64,000 nucleotides of DNA from Lingula anatina (Eukaryota > Animalia > Brachiopoda): positions 47,966,788 to 48,030,787 of the forward strand of contig CM120640.1 of NCBI GenBank assembly GCA_051362555.1, written 5' to 3'. Both the position numbers and the translations under genes were made by a program. This document shows positions 12,707-26,264 of the stretch, piece after piece (position 1 is the first letter of the stretch; every line of letters begins with the position of its first letter). The notes under the pieces are model-generated. The model was given only the letters and a program-made list of their open reading frames with translations, was not told the origin of the DNA and did not search any database.

Positions 12707-13689
12707 GGATATGTCAGTAACATGTCACATCAGTCCTAAGTATGATTAACTCATACCACTTCAACACAGGTGTGAAAATACCAGTATGCTTCTTTTACTG
12801 CATTTGACTTTATTCAGTTCACTTAAAGGTAAAATACTTTGTTTCTTACTGAATTATTTTATTTGTAAATTTCTTGTGCAGGGTTTTTTAAAATAAGTTA
12901 TAAAAATCATTTAGTTCTAAATTGTCTGACTGTTGCAAAATGGCAATAAAAAATTATTGTTAAAAGATTATCATAATTATAAAAATGTATTGTATCTAAA
13001 TGTAAAGGTCAGAATACATTGCGATCAGCATGCATGTTGGAATATTATATGTTTGGTTAATTTTACAATTTATTTATTGCAGGTGTCATGAGTCGACTTC
13101 AAGAGCTATTTGGATGACTCGTCTAACACATGGATGTTAAAAATTATTATTTACATTTTGATAAAACTTTTATCATTTACATTTTGATGAATCAGCTTAT
13201 GATATGGAGATAAAAAGTTTCAGCACCTCCACACTTACATATCCATTATAATTCAATAAAACCATCGTCCAGATCATCAAGTAGGGACAAAAAGTTCTGA
13301 ACAATCACTTAACCAAGTTGAACTGCAACTAGCAATGGTTTATTGAAATAGCAAAGAACATTGTTCATTTTGGACATTTTTGGTGCCATTTTTGGTTGTA
13401 GAAACTGCAAGTTTTTCTACACTGCTACAACAATGAGATCCGGTATGTTATTGCTTTATTGTTATTGTTTATTTACTTCTATACTTGATGTTAAAAGATA
13501 CAGTTGAAAAAAATAAAGTTTAATTTAATCGGGCAAAGAACTGGACTGCAGGCAAAATAGCTAACAGGTTATTTCAAAATCCTGTCATCATCAGATGCAA
13601 TGGAGAGGTATCACAGAATAAAAAAATCATGGCGAATTCTGTACTAGTACAAGCAAAACAAATATTCTTATGTAAGCATTCATGATCTT

Positions 13690-16600
13690 TTATAATTTTC
13701 TTGGTTTCATGGTGTGGCTAAACACTTGTCTCCCATCCCCTGCAATGAATGAGAAGGTCATGGCTTGAGGTGTTGCATCAATGTAGCCAAATCCACCAAC
13801 TCTGTGTGTGTCAGACCAGTGGAACTTCAGTGAACCACTAGGGACATCATTGTGCTTTTTAGAGTGGGAACACCAGTTCCCGCATCCTATGATGAAATAA
13901 TCCACAGCAGTGCCCATCATGGTATGTTGCAGATACTGAAATTGCCATTGTCAAATTTTAAATTCTGAAACACTAAAAAAGGTGTTATCTCGACACTAAA
14001 GAAAAATCCATAAAAAAGGTAGATACAAAATATGCCCAGTGCCATTACTTTAGATAACTGTTATAATACTTTGATCATTAGTTAGATTTTGGAAAACTGC
14101 TTAATGCAAACTGGCTAAATGTGGAAGCATTTATTTACCACATGAAAATGTGTAATATCTACAACTAGACAATTAATTAAACATTTAATCAGACAACCAG
14201 GCAATTAATAAGACAATTAAAACGGTTACACAAAATGAATTAATTTGGAATAAATGCCCACCTGCAGACTATGTTGGTGTCCAGCAAAGTATGATGTCAC
14301 CTTGTACTTGTGCAACAAAGGCATCAACTTCTTTGTCATAGTCAAGGCTGGTCCATGTTCTCCAACTGATATCACTGGATAATGGCCAGTAACTATGACA
14401 TAGTCAGCCCTGGAAAATGTCAAACAAAATATCCAGGGATAAATATTGCTATTATTTGCGTAACCACTTTCTCTTTTCTGTGTCTCTAATAATACAAAAA
14501 AAAAATGACAAACAGAAATGATCTCTGAAATAAGATTGACATTCAAATCCATTAACTAAAAAGTTTCCATATAAAACTTGAGCAAATCTCAACATTGTAT
14601 TATTTTTATACACATATGATATAATTTTTGCAAGACTAATTAAGATACTGAAACTCATTTGTCTTGTGATGATAAGGAGATGATTGTATGTACCTGTCAT
14701 GTTTGAGGTTGTTTTCAAGCCATTGCAACTCTGCCTCGGCCTTCTCAATATCTTCTGGCCCCTGAGGCTGTTCATCATCGAAGTCACTCTTGACATTTCC
14801 ACACATCACAATAGTGTCCAGCATGTAGATGCTCAATGTGGCATTAGAGCCAGGGATAGTAAAGTGAAGGGGATAATAATAAGTTGGAAATTTCCTGCAA
14901 TTAAAATTGGAAATAAAAAAATTACATATATTGTCAAAAGCATTTTGATTTGAAACTCCTGAACACAATGGCCTGTAATATTTCAACCATTTCTCTAACA
15001 TCATCAACTATTATTTATAAATATTTTATTTAATGACAATGTTTGGTATTACTGTAGAACAGTTGGTATAAAATCTTGAAGTTTGAATTGGGCACTTTTT
15101 AAATACACATGGCATTCAAAACAAAAATGATAGTCCAAAAAACATGATGGCTGCATTGAGCCTTTAGTAGTGATTGTCTTCTTCCATACTTTAACAGACT
15201 CTTTCCAGGTGATAATTTGAAAATTTCCAGTCAGGTTGGGACAGCTCTATTGCTCGGAAATGATATCCCACAAAAGGCATTTTTACAGCTAGGTCAGGTG
15301 ACCATGCGTGGTCTCTGCCAGTTGTTTAACCTAGGCTAATCACAGGCAGAAAGTGTATTCATTTTGGTTCTCAGTTTCTCAAAGCAACTTTTTAATACCT
15401 TGTATAGTCCCTGAGTCTTGGTGAGAATGGTATTGGGGAGCTCTAGAACATTTCATTTTAAGTTTGTAAGCATCTTTGTTACTTACCATCTGTGTGACAG
15501 TTTGGAATACTCAAATTGTGCAGCAACATTTCCGTTATGGTCATGGTTGCCTGCTATTACATACCATGGAGTCTGCAGTGCTTGGTGAGTGAATACATTT
15601 TCAAAAGTTTCCTGAAATAAAATGGAAGATAACTAGAAAAATAACTATTTCTTTATGTCCTAAAGTTATGTATCTGTCTGATACATGCAACATTGTGAAA
15701 CACTCATATTCATTAAGGATATTGTAACCCTTTGTAATCATCCAGATATCGAAAATCAGGTTTTTTTCCTGCATTTATTTATTCAATAATGCATCTACCT
15801 TTGTGCTGATTTAAAACAATAAAAAAAATCCCTCACAAATATAAAATATTGGCATTTATATTTCTTGTTGCAATGGATAAGCATAGGTAGGGAACTCGAA
15901 GTGTATAAAAAAATCATACAATGTAGAGATTTGCTCAAGTTTCGTCAATTTAACACTTTTATATTTTGAGTTGTCATTAACTAGGACTTGGTTACATCAT
16001 GAGCTGTTAACAATCATTTGAGCTGAACTCATAAAATATGAGTGAAAAAATTATTTAAAAAAATTGACAGTTTGATAGTTTGTTGAGGTAAGCTTCTATC
16101 AAATTCTGTTGAAGTTAAGACGCGACAGGCAGACGTATAGAAATTTGAAAATGATAAAGAGAACCTGCAATGGCTCTGAAAATCAGGCTATGATGTCTGA
16201 ACATCGATATTTAATTTATGCAGTAGCAGTGAGCTACATGTATTAATACCTTGAACCTGGGATCATGTGCATCTTTAACACCTTTGTAGTAAAAGTTATC
16301 TCCAAGTACTAAGGTAAACTTGGTTTGATACTTTTCTGCAATTTGCCCCATTCCATGAGCAACTGTTTTCTCCAAGTTTGTGTAGTATGGTTTGGAAGGG
16401 AGACCACCAAAATCACCCACGGTCATGAACCTTAAACCCTGAGGACTGCTTGAAGCCCATGCAACTGAAGTGAAAAAAATTACCAAACCGATCATATTTT
16501 AAAAATCTGTTTCATTTCAAAATGGCATAATATTGAAATCATTAAAAAATCATACTACATGTATAAGGTGTACATGTAAGTGTAAATGTGTCTGTAAATA

Positions 16601-16880
16601 TTTTTATTATTTATGAAATCTGTCTGACACATTAAAAGATTGGCACATTCTTCCACATAAATCCTCGATCTAATTGGTTTTAAAAATTCCATTCTTTCAT
16701 AATATTACATAATATTGCAATTGGTGTGGCGAAAATAACAGATTTTTAAGTCTTCTGGTTTTGTACTATCATACACAAGTGCACACAAAAGAAAATATAG
16801 ACTAGACAACCATTAATTTCATTTTAATTCTTACCTGTGAACATACAGCTGAATACAAGCACAATCCTTGTGGTCAACAT
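13690..16880 (-). CDS. ACP5: Tartrate-resistant acid phosphatase type 5-like (purple acid phosphatase), copy A; exons 16880-16835, 16464-16250, 15611-15487, 14894-14694, 14409-14262, 13935-13690
   Basis: Signal peptide [15 protein letters not shown]; metal-ligand motifs GDFG, GDNFY, GNHD, TGHYP, GHQH; intact frame and splice sites. Confidence 0.93.
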
Positions 16881-16940
16881 TTTGCTTCCAATCAGGTGAA
16901 TTCAGTTTACCCAAAACACATGGGTGGTCAACTCAGTGGC

Positions 16941-16948
16941 TTTATATA
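16941..16948 (-). promoter_or_regulatory. TATA box of ACP5-A
   Basis: Minus-strand cagTATATAAAgc about 60 bp upstream of the ATG; the same context occurs upstream of ACP5-B. Confidence 0.55.
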
Positions 16949-17619
16949 CTGTCAAATCAACTCTCTTATTCGCTTCCTGATTTAAACTGAGTACTGTCCT
17001 TATAATTAGCTGACCAGCACGCTAAACATAACATCACAAAGATAACCATCTATTGTTTACTAATTTCAATCGCTCAAAATATTTGGATGACAGAAATAGT
17101 TATCATGCACGTGCCTAAGCTGAGAATAACCTATTGCAGTAGCTCATCATGTTTTCAGTTTAGTACATTATCTGTTTTGAAAATTGTTGACTTTATAAAT
17201 TAACTCCAGGGCTTTAAAATAACTCATAGATCAAGAGGAGTGGCATTTTTACTACCTCTACTTTCTCTCCTTGCAAAGGTAAAATTGTGCATTTTGAGGC
17301 ATTTAATTTGCAGTACTGAGCATAAATAATTAGCTACAAGATTTTATGGGCCTCTTTAAGGGTACCTGATGGGGATGGATCCATGTTTTGGAAAGAGGCA
17401 GCCCGCTATTCAAACCATATTTAGAGCATATTATTACAGGCATGATCAAATGCACTCATTCCATTACGTTAATTTGTATCCATTTTTATAGAGAAATGAA
17501 AAATGTATTGAAAATGTTTCCTGACACACACTCAATGAAATGTAATTCAAAACTTGACAAGTGAATATTTGCAATTTGTGTTATATGCAAGGAAAAAAGT
17601 GAAAATCCCATATAAAATC

Positions 17620-17742
17620 TACCCTCTACCAGGGGGACAGATTGATTTTCACAGATATTCACAGATGTCTCTAGATAAATAGACAGTCATTTTGGTCTGC
17701 CAAAAATGTCCACAATAATAACTGTGGCCCTGGTAGAGGGTA
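17620..17742. mobile_element. 123-bp MITE with 9-bp TSD (Mutator-like)
   Basis: TIRs TACCCTCTACCAGGG / CCCTGGTAGAGGGTA flanked by the direct repeat TATAAAATC (17611-17619 and 17743-17751). Confidence 0.8.
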
Positions 17743-19120
17743 TATAAAATCTACTCTGAGAGGATGAGATAAGATTTGCCTATGCTCTGGTCAGGAAGGG
17801 AGCTTATCATACTTTTCACTTTGCTTTTTCTTTATACTCAAACCATGAGACTCATCTGTTTTCGTCAATGGGTTTTTGAATCTGTATTCTTTGTCTTTAG
17901 TACTTGCTGTGCTTGTAGAAATGATCAAAGGGTGGCCAGCAGGGGTTTCAGACTGGGCTGAGTGCACATAAAAAGTTTCATGGACAGTATTAATATCTTG
18001 ACAAAAATGAAATAGACACAAAGGTTGGCAGGACTTGGAATGCTTATTGAGGATTACACAAAATACAAGCTCAGCTTCAAGTACAAGAACTAGCTTTGAT
18101 TTTATCAGGGAATTATATCGTAGTCTACGATATAATTCCCTGATTCTATTAAGCAAACTGGTTGGTATGGTTATCATGAGCCTGTCAAGTAAAGCATTAT
18201 AACATAACATAAAATTTGGATTGGTATGGTGAGTTTGTCATTGACTGTTTCTAAAATTTAACATTTCACTGATAATGAATTGTTATTAAACAAATCAGTG
18301 ATTATAAAAATCCATGCTTTTGGTTGCTTTTGAAATTATATACGAGGTGCAAGAGAATAGTCCAAAGGTTCATTTTTCTGAAGGTCTGAAATTGGTCTGA
18401 ATGTTCACAATGACCAACTGAATGACCAACAAACCATTTTATTTAAAAACAGATGACAATGTTATGATTTTTCTTTTTTAACCAATGAACCCTCAGACCA
18501 GTTAACCCCTAGGACTATCACACCCATATTACAAAGTAGGATATCTCTGTGATACTAGAAAGGGTGAAAATATAGTGTACGCTGTACCAGGTAACAGACT
18601 TCTGATTTGGAGTACATAATAATGTCAGCTAAGCCTTGAGTAGAGAGTAACATGGTGCCTGATTTCTTGGATATATGTATGTCATGACATTTCTTTGCAC
18701 TAATATATATAGTTTTTGATGAGACCAGGGGCAATGAGTTCTGAACAAACTGACATTTTGGCTAAACAAGGTGTGCTCCTCTCAAGGGCATTTTCTTTTA
18801 AAAAAACTTTGAAATTGCTGGCTACAGACCTGGAAACTACCCCAGTATTAGAACTTCTTAATCAAACAAAGCTAACAACTACAGACAGAAAACAAACAAG
18901 CAAAACATACATCAAATTTTAGAATCTTTTATTCAGTTGTGAAAATGGAAAGGCACCACAATGTTATAAAATCAAATAACATCATTGTTTTAAAACAGAA
19001 GAGAGAAGAAAAGTGTCTAGGATATTGTTCCAAAGAAAAAAATATCATCACTCTCCAACTACAGTCATAGGAAATTAATAAACATTTTTTGCAATATTTG
19101 TAATGCCATCCAGTACAGAT

Positions 19121-22100
19121 TTACTTTCTTGGTTTCATGGAGTGACTGTACAAATGTGCACCACTTCCACTTATAAAAGAGAGGGTCATGGCTTGAGGGG
19201 TTGCTTCAATGTAAGCAAATCCGCCATTATGTTTGTCTGCCCCATGGTATTTCAGAGAGCCACTGGGCACTGCACTGTGGTGTGCTGTGGAGGTGACAAC
19301 GAAGTTTCCAGATCCAATCACAAAATAATCTACAGGCACGCCTGATTGGGTATGCTGCAGATGCTGAAATTGACATTTTCATAAAAAATAACATTAACTG
19401 TACTAGAAATGTGTATATCTCCCAAAATACAATGACATAACAAAATAACCATTTTACACTGACCATGGAATGTGTAAACTATTTTTCCTATAGCTACAGA
19501 CAGCCAGTCCATTATGAAATTGCTAAACAAAGTAAGTATAAAGAATTTGAGTATATTATTCATATCATTCCCATGTATGATTATGTTGCTTATATGATAA
19601 CATTAAATTTATATGTATACCTGCAGATTGTGATCATGTCCAGAAAAGAAAGCTGTCACTTTGTACTTGTACAACATGGGCATCAGTTTCTGTGTCAAAC
19701 ATTTAGTTGGTCCATGTTCAGCAATTGATATCACAGGGTAATGACCAGCAACTATAATGTAGCTGGCCCTAGAAAAGGTACAACAAAATGAGAAATTCAA
19801 TACAAGATTTTCTATCAATTCTCTCTCTCCCAACCAGTTTATAAAATGCACCAACAAAATGATTTCTAATAGAATTATAGCCACAGACTTACATTTTTTT
19901 CATTGTTGCCCTCTCAAAAAAAAAAAAAAAAAAAAAAATGTATATGTCACATAAATTTGCCCGTGAGACTAATTGCCTTATATCAAAAAATTGAAACTCT
20001 TTTGTACTACTAATGATATAAAAGAAATGATTACTTGTTGTTTTTGAGATTTTCCTCAAGCCAATCCCATTGGGCATTTGCCACTTTAATATCTGCAGGC
20101 CCTTGGGGTTGGTCCCCTGCAAGGTCATGCTTGGTGTTTCCACAGAGCTGAATAGTGTCCAGCATCAAGATGCTCACTGTGGCTTGGGAGCCAGGGATAG
20201 AAAATTGAAGGGGGTAGTAATAGTGAGGGAAATTCCTGCAAATAAAATTGGAACAATCAAATGCCTGCCTGAAAGTGATAATTTGAAAATCCACATGTGT
20301 TACTTTGATCAAATCATTGCATGTTTTGACTGAAACTGTTCAAGTATACCCAGCGGGCACTCAACGTTGATTCAACATTGAGGATAGGTTGAGATGATGT
20401 TGATCCATCAATATTGATAGATCAACAAGATCTCAACATTGATTTAACCTTTCTTTGTCAATCAATTTTCAATGTTGATAGATCAACAGAATTTCAACAT
20501 TGAATCAACCTTTTCTTGTCAACCAATTGTCAATGTTGATAGATCAACAGGGTCTCAACATTGATTTTACCTTTATTTGTCAATCAATTTTCAATGTTGA
20601 TAGATCAACAGGATTCCAACATTGAATCAACCTTTTCTTGTCAACCAATTGTCAATGTTGATAGATCAACAGGGTCTCAACATTGATTTTACCTTTCTTT
20701 GTCAATCAATTTTCAATGTTGATAGATCAACAGGATTTCAACATTGAATCAACCTTTTCTTGTCAATCAGTTTTCAATGTTGATAGATCAACAGGATTTC
20801 AACATTGAATCAACCTGTGTTTGTAAACCCTTTGTCAATGTTGACATATCAACTGGATCTCAACATTGGGTCAACCTTAACTTTATAACCTTAATCATAA
20901 CCTTGATAATAGTTTTAAATGATTATCTCACTAGAGAGGTATGCATAGGGGTAATTACCCCTCATAAAACGTTTGTTTTACCCCTTTTTCATTAAAATTA
21001 ATTTTGTGAAAAAAGCGGTCGTCAGTTTTTTTTTTAACTTTCCACAGGTTATCATTAAGAAAAAGAAAAAAACATAGGGTCACCAGCCTTACTTTATGGC
21101 AAATTGACAAAATTTTACTCAAGGTTGAAGAAACGGCTTAGAAAAAGCCAAAAATGCCTGTTTTTCTGGAAGTTTAAGTTAGCTGTGAGAAAAAAAATTA
21201 GACTGGTGACCCTTTGTTTTTGTATTCTTAAAATTATCTTAACTACCTGATGTGACGTTATAATTATTTTAATAAAGCTAATTTGTTGTTTAATTTTTAT
21301 GAGTAATTACCGTATGTGCCTGCATACTTGTATAATGTAAATGAAGTGCGGGACTGTTATTAAGTGCGAGACTCTGGATAACATGAACTGATGCAACACG
21401 CGAGTGTGGACAGTGTGTAACACTTTATCAGTACAAAAACTGTACTTTATTAACAGTACTTTGTGAGGCAACACTATCAGGAGGATCGTTCAACAGATAA
21501 GGACAAGGAAAACGGTGACATTGCGTCTTCAAAACCCCACACTATCAGGAGGATCGTTCAACAGATAAGGACATGGAAAACCGTGACATTGCGTCTTCAA
21601 AACCCCACACTATCAGGAGGAACGTTTAACAGAAAAGGACTCGTAAAACTGTGACATTGCGTCTTCAAAACTTAACTGTCTACGAATCTGTTAAAATTTA
21701 ACTGTATTTGACAAATGTTAAAGTTTATGCAACATGATAGTATTACATGTAGTTAGTTTATGTAGTGTATGTTCATTGTTTGTAATATATTATATTCATA
21801 GTTAAGTTAGTTGTTGTTTGTGTTTTTTTTATGTTCGGGCTGTTTTGGTCCGTAACACTGAGCATCAAACTGGAAAGTTTAAAAAGAATCTGACGACCCA
21901 TAGGTGGATACAGGGGCCGGTCCCGGGGTCTGGACCCCCCCCCCTTTTCTTCCGAAATTACCTTTTTTGTAGGTAATTTTCCTAATTTCCCCCCCTTTTT
22001 AGATCTGAGTCTTTTTATTTCAAGAAATGCTTGATATCTTGGAGAACACCTTCAGCCATCAGGCAAATTTCAATCAAATATCCTGATAGCCTAATTGATA

Positions 22101-23793
22101 TATCAACGTTAATTCAATTTTCAAATTCAACTTTATTTCAACATTGATTCAACATTGAGGTATCAATGTTGATGCAACATTGATACCTCAAGGTTGTTTC
22201 AACCTTGATGGTTCAAGGTTGATTCAACCTTGATGGTTCAACGTTGATTCAACTTTCATAGTCAATGTCATATCAACATAGTTTCAACGTTGACCGTCAA
22301 CGTTGATTCAACATTGATACCTCAAGGTTGATTCAACCTTGATGGTTCAACGTTGAGTCAACTTTCATAGTCAACGTCATATCAACATAGTTTCAACGTT
22401 GACGGTCAACGTTGATTCAACATTGATACCTCAAGGTTGATTCAACCTTGATGGTTCAACGTTGAGTCAACTTTCATAGTCAACGTCATATCAACATAGT
22501 TTCAACGTTGACGGTCAACGTTGATTCAACATTGATACCTCAAGGTTGATTCAACCTTGATGGTTCAACGTTGAGTCAACTTTCATAGTCAACGTCATAT
22601 CAACATAGTTTCAACGTTGACCATCAACGTTGATTCAACATTGATTCAATGTTGATTTGCCCGCTGGGTAGAAGGAACATACATTTACAACCAAGTTGGA
22701 GCAAACCCAAGATGTTAAACATGTAACTTAAAATAACTTGTGAAATAATTAATATAATATAATAAAAATATTATTATAATGTTATTATTATGTTTTTATA
22801 ATATTTTAAGACAAAAATTTGATAACTGATAGAAAAAATGTTTAGATGTTAATCAGTGGAAATGCCTATAAGTAGACATGCATTTGTTCAAATACATATT
22901 CCTTAAAAAAGGCTACATGCACAAATCTGGTCACTTACCATCTGTGTGACTTTTTGGAATACTCAATTTCTGCATCAACATTTCCCCTATGATCATGATT
23001 GCCTGCCACTATGTACCATGGTGTCTGCAGAGCTTTGTCAGTGTATACATTTTCAAATGTTTCCTGAAATTTTATGTCAGCAGTGCTAAACAATTGCATA
23101 ACAAAATGAAACCAGCATGTGAAATGACAAACTGTGAATTACTTTTATGTCATTTTGCCAGAAAATTATCAATATTGGCCACTGACTGAAATGATATATG
23201 ACAATCAACCTTAAAATCAGTCTTACCAACTAAGAATTAAAATTCTTGCATGTTTACATTTTTGACCTACTGCTAGAAAATAACAAATCTATAAATATGA
23301 TAGTTCTATTAAATGCTGCTTTTCAAAATTACATTTGGATACAAATAATCTGCACAAACATTAGATAGTCTAAGGGTAAAACAAAGTGGAACAATCATAG
23401 AGACATACATGAAATCTAGCATCATCCACATGTTTAACACCATCATAGTAAAAGTTATCACCCAGTGCTAGTGTAAACTTGGTTTGGTACTTGGCTGCTG
23501 TCTGCCCCATGGCATGAGCTACAGAGGTCTCTATATGTGTGGTGTATGGCTTGGAGGGGAGACCACCCCAGTCACCCACAGCCAAAAATCTTAAGCTACT
23601 ACCTGATGCCCATCCAACTGAGAAAAAAATTAGATAACATATCTGAGACATACATGAAACATTCCACATGAAAAAAAAACGTTAAGTGGCTTATAATAAC
23701 AAGGTGAAGACAACTTTCATTAACGTGCCTTTCATTTAAATTCTTACCTGAGATCATGCAGCACAATGCCAGCAATACTCCAGCAATTGCCAT
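19121..23793 (-). CDS. ACP5: ACP5-like purple acid phosphatase, copy B; exons 23793-23748, 23617-23409, 23063-22939, 20235-20035, 19768-19621, 19363-19121
   Basis: Signal peptide [15 protein letters not shown]; motifs GDWG, GDNFY, GNHD, AGHYP, GHDH; intact frame and splice sites; same six-exon layout as copies A and D. Confidence 0.94.
20939..21327. mobile_element. Palindromic MITE-like segment nested in the EnSpm-like element
   Basis: Imperfect inverted ends gtatgca...ggtaattacccctcataaaa / ttttatgagtaattacc...tgcatac, plus an internal inverted pair aaaaacatagggtcaccagc / actggtgaccctttgttttt. Confidence 0.6.
21471..21670 (+). repeat. Three-copy 68-bp tandem repeat inside the EnSpm-like element
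   Basis: acactatcaggagga...gtgacattgcgtcttcaaaac at 21471, 21539 and 21607. Confidence 0.9.
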
Positions 23794-23859
23794 TATTTTT
23801 TCTTCTAGTGTTGCTGAATGAGTATGCAGCTGGTATTGTGTGTTTATCAAAATGCATGC

Positions 23860-23867
23860 TTTATATA
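23860..23867 (-). promoter_or_regulatory. TATA box of ACP5-B
   Basis: Minus-strand cagTATATAAAgc about 67 bp upstream of the ATG, matching copy A. Confidence 0.55.
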
Positions 23868-26264
23868 CTGCCAACATAAACCCTCCTTATGGGTTGATCA
23901 GCAAACCTAACATTACACTATAGATATAACTGGATATCATTTACCAATATAGCCTGATGTTTTGCTGACAAACAATTGTTCAGAATACCAAGTATGTGAC
24001 ACAGGTTGTTAATCATACATGATATGCCTAAAATAATGAACTAAAGCTGAAAATAGCTTAGCTGTTAATGTTGTCCATTTAACACAATCTGAGCCCTGAA
24101 AATGTGCCATTTTTGAGGCTGATAAGATGTTAAAATATTTGACCATGTGTGTTAGCTGCAACTCTATTATCAAGCTTCAACATCATAGCCTGTAATGCTT
24201 GTCGGCAGACACACTGGTCATATTCTGAGTTGAGAATTTGCCAGATCAGATAATATTGTAAAGATTTCAAATGTGACTATATTTTAATTCATAGAAATCT
24301 AGTGTGCAAATGTTTTGCCAGACCACAAACTTATCTTGAAGTGCAAAAACCATGGCTGATATTACAAAAACCCTCCATAATCGTAATGACAGTCTATGAA
24401 TGCCCCCAACCATTTGAAACATATTTTTGGAACTGTTCATTGCTGAGCAAAGACAGTTACTCCATCTGTTATTGCCTCCGTTTATCTTGCCTGAACTATG
24501 ACAGATATTTCTCTGATACAAGAAAAATGATTTCAAATATCACCTCTTCAACAACTGGTTTTTTGAAGTGATATGCTGATTGTCCTTCTAGAATGATTAC
24601 ATGCTTTAATTTCTAAGTCAATGAGGAAGACATTTCAGTGGAAAAACTGATATTACTTCTTTCTTACAATTCAGAGTGGAAAGACCACCATCCACTGTAC
24701 TTATATTTAAATAATTAGCACATTTTTAATGATTTTTGAAAAACATTTTAATGTTAATTTATGCAAATGAGCAAAGCAAATAAAATAAGTAGCAAAAATC
24801 ATATTTTATTTTCACCTCTACATGTTGTTTCTGGAATGTAACAGAAAAAATGGAATGTAACAGAAAAAATATTCAAAACACTTTTAGTAAGAGGAAAATT
24901 AATATTATTGGCTGGCTAGTTGTTATCATATCCTTATGTCATTAAACATTTTCAAAAAGCAAGTATGTCAAGAGAAACTGTAACAAAGTCAAGTTAGGAT
25001 AAGGACCGCTGACAATTAACTAGCTGTTAATATCATTCGATGTAGGAGAAGAATATCACAATAGACTGATATCAAATTGGTAACTTGCTTCTTAAAAGCA
25101 AGGAGATATGTTTCAAGGATTTTGTTCCATACGGCACTCATCAATAAGTTTTTTAAAGGATTTTAAAAAGGATACAAAATTTGCAATGCAATTCATTGTA
25201 AGTTTACTTTCTTGGTTTCATGGAGTGACTGTATAAGTATGTGCCATCCCCTTGAATAAAAGAGAGGGTCATGGTTTGAGTTGTTGCTTCATTGTATGCA
25301 AGTCCTCCTGACTTTAATTTATCAGCCCAGTGGTATTTCAGAGAGCCACTGGGAACTTTGCTGGCATGTGCCATGGAGGGATCCACAAAGTTACCTGATC
25401 CAATGACAAAATAATCCACAGACACATCTGACTGTTTGGCCTGTAGATGATGAAATTTATACAAATATGAAACTTGTGTAATTGAAAATTAAGAAGAAAA
25501 TGTAGCCATTTTTCATTATTATGCAATTCACGTATAACAAAGAGTGCAATGGTTTGACAAAATAATACTAACAATAAAAAACCTAACCATACAACTTATG
25601 CTCTCACACCATCATGTGAGAAGTATGAAAAAAAAAAGGCAAATGAAACACTGATACACTGTACATGTAACATGACAAGGTAGTGCAAAAAGGAAACTAC
25701 TTCAAATTTTATCTAGAAGTGGTTTAGCAACGTCTAGTTTTGGGATGTTGCCACAATGGAACTGAATACTATTCCCCAGGACCTTTGGTAGTGACTGAGC
25801 CCCGGCAAAACAGGCACAGAAGACTTGGCACATACTAGGGTACTTGATAGATTGAATCATCAGCAGTCACATCAGCTCAATTTGTTTTCTAGGCAGACAT
25901 TGTCGTTCTAGTAAAAGAAAATTTACCAATCTCAAATGGCTTCAAATGATAAAAACCAAGAACATTGTTCATAGAGTTTCCAATTAAGGAAGTGTTGATT
26001 GTATAAATCCATACCTGTAGATTATGATCATGCCCAGAAAAGAAAGAGGTCACTTTGTACTTATACAACATTGGCATCAAGGTCTCTAAGAAACATGATG
26101 TTGGACCGTGTTCAGCAACAGATATCACAGGGAAATGCCCAGCAACCAAGATGAAACTGGCACTACAAAAAGTAAAACAAACGGTTATTAAATACATTTT
26201 GGTCATCTCCCTCTCTCTCACATTCAAAACATTTTGAAGGCCAATTACTGAAAGGTTCCATCTA

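Larger units (their letters stand above)
20349..22668. mobile_element. 2.3-kb non-autonomous EnSpm/CACTA(CMC)-like DNA transposon in ACP5-B intron 3
   Basis: Termini CCCAGCGGGCA / TGCCCGCTGGG with a 2-bp TA duplication; the empty site is visible in the paralogous fragment near 30200. Subterminal arrays of (AC)GTTGATTCAAC motifs form a 61-bp-period array on the left (about 20400-20880) and a 109-bp-period array on the right (about 22200-22650). Confidence 0.88.

Noticed and set aside
16881-16940. Iron-responsive element in the ACP5 5' UTRs
   Set aside because: No CAGUGN-loop hairpin seen in the short leaders of copies A or B.
17791-18210. 139-aa ORF on the minus strand
   Set aside because: No homology cue, splice context or coding-like composition; probably a chance intergenic ORF.
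20365-22655. CRISPR-like appearance of regularly spaced palindromic repeats
   Set aside because: The spacers are themselves repeated, the context is a eukaryotic intron, there are no cas genes, and the region is bounded by TIRs and a TSD.
25204-26227. Copy C as a fourth functional ACP5
   Set aside because: Nonsense codon in exon 3, frameshifts in exon 4, mutated last acceptor and missing 5' end.
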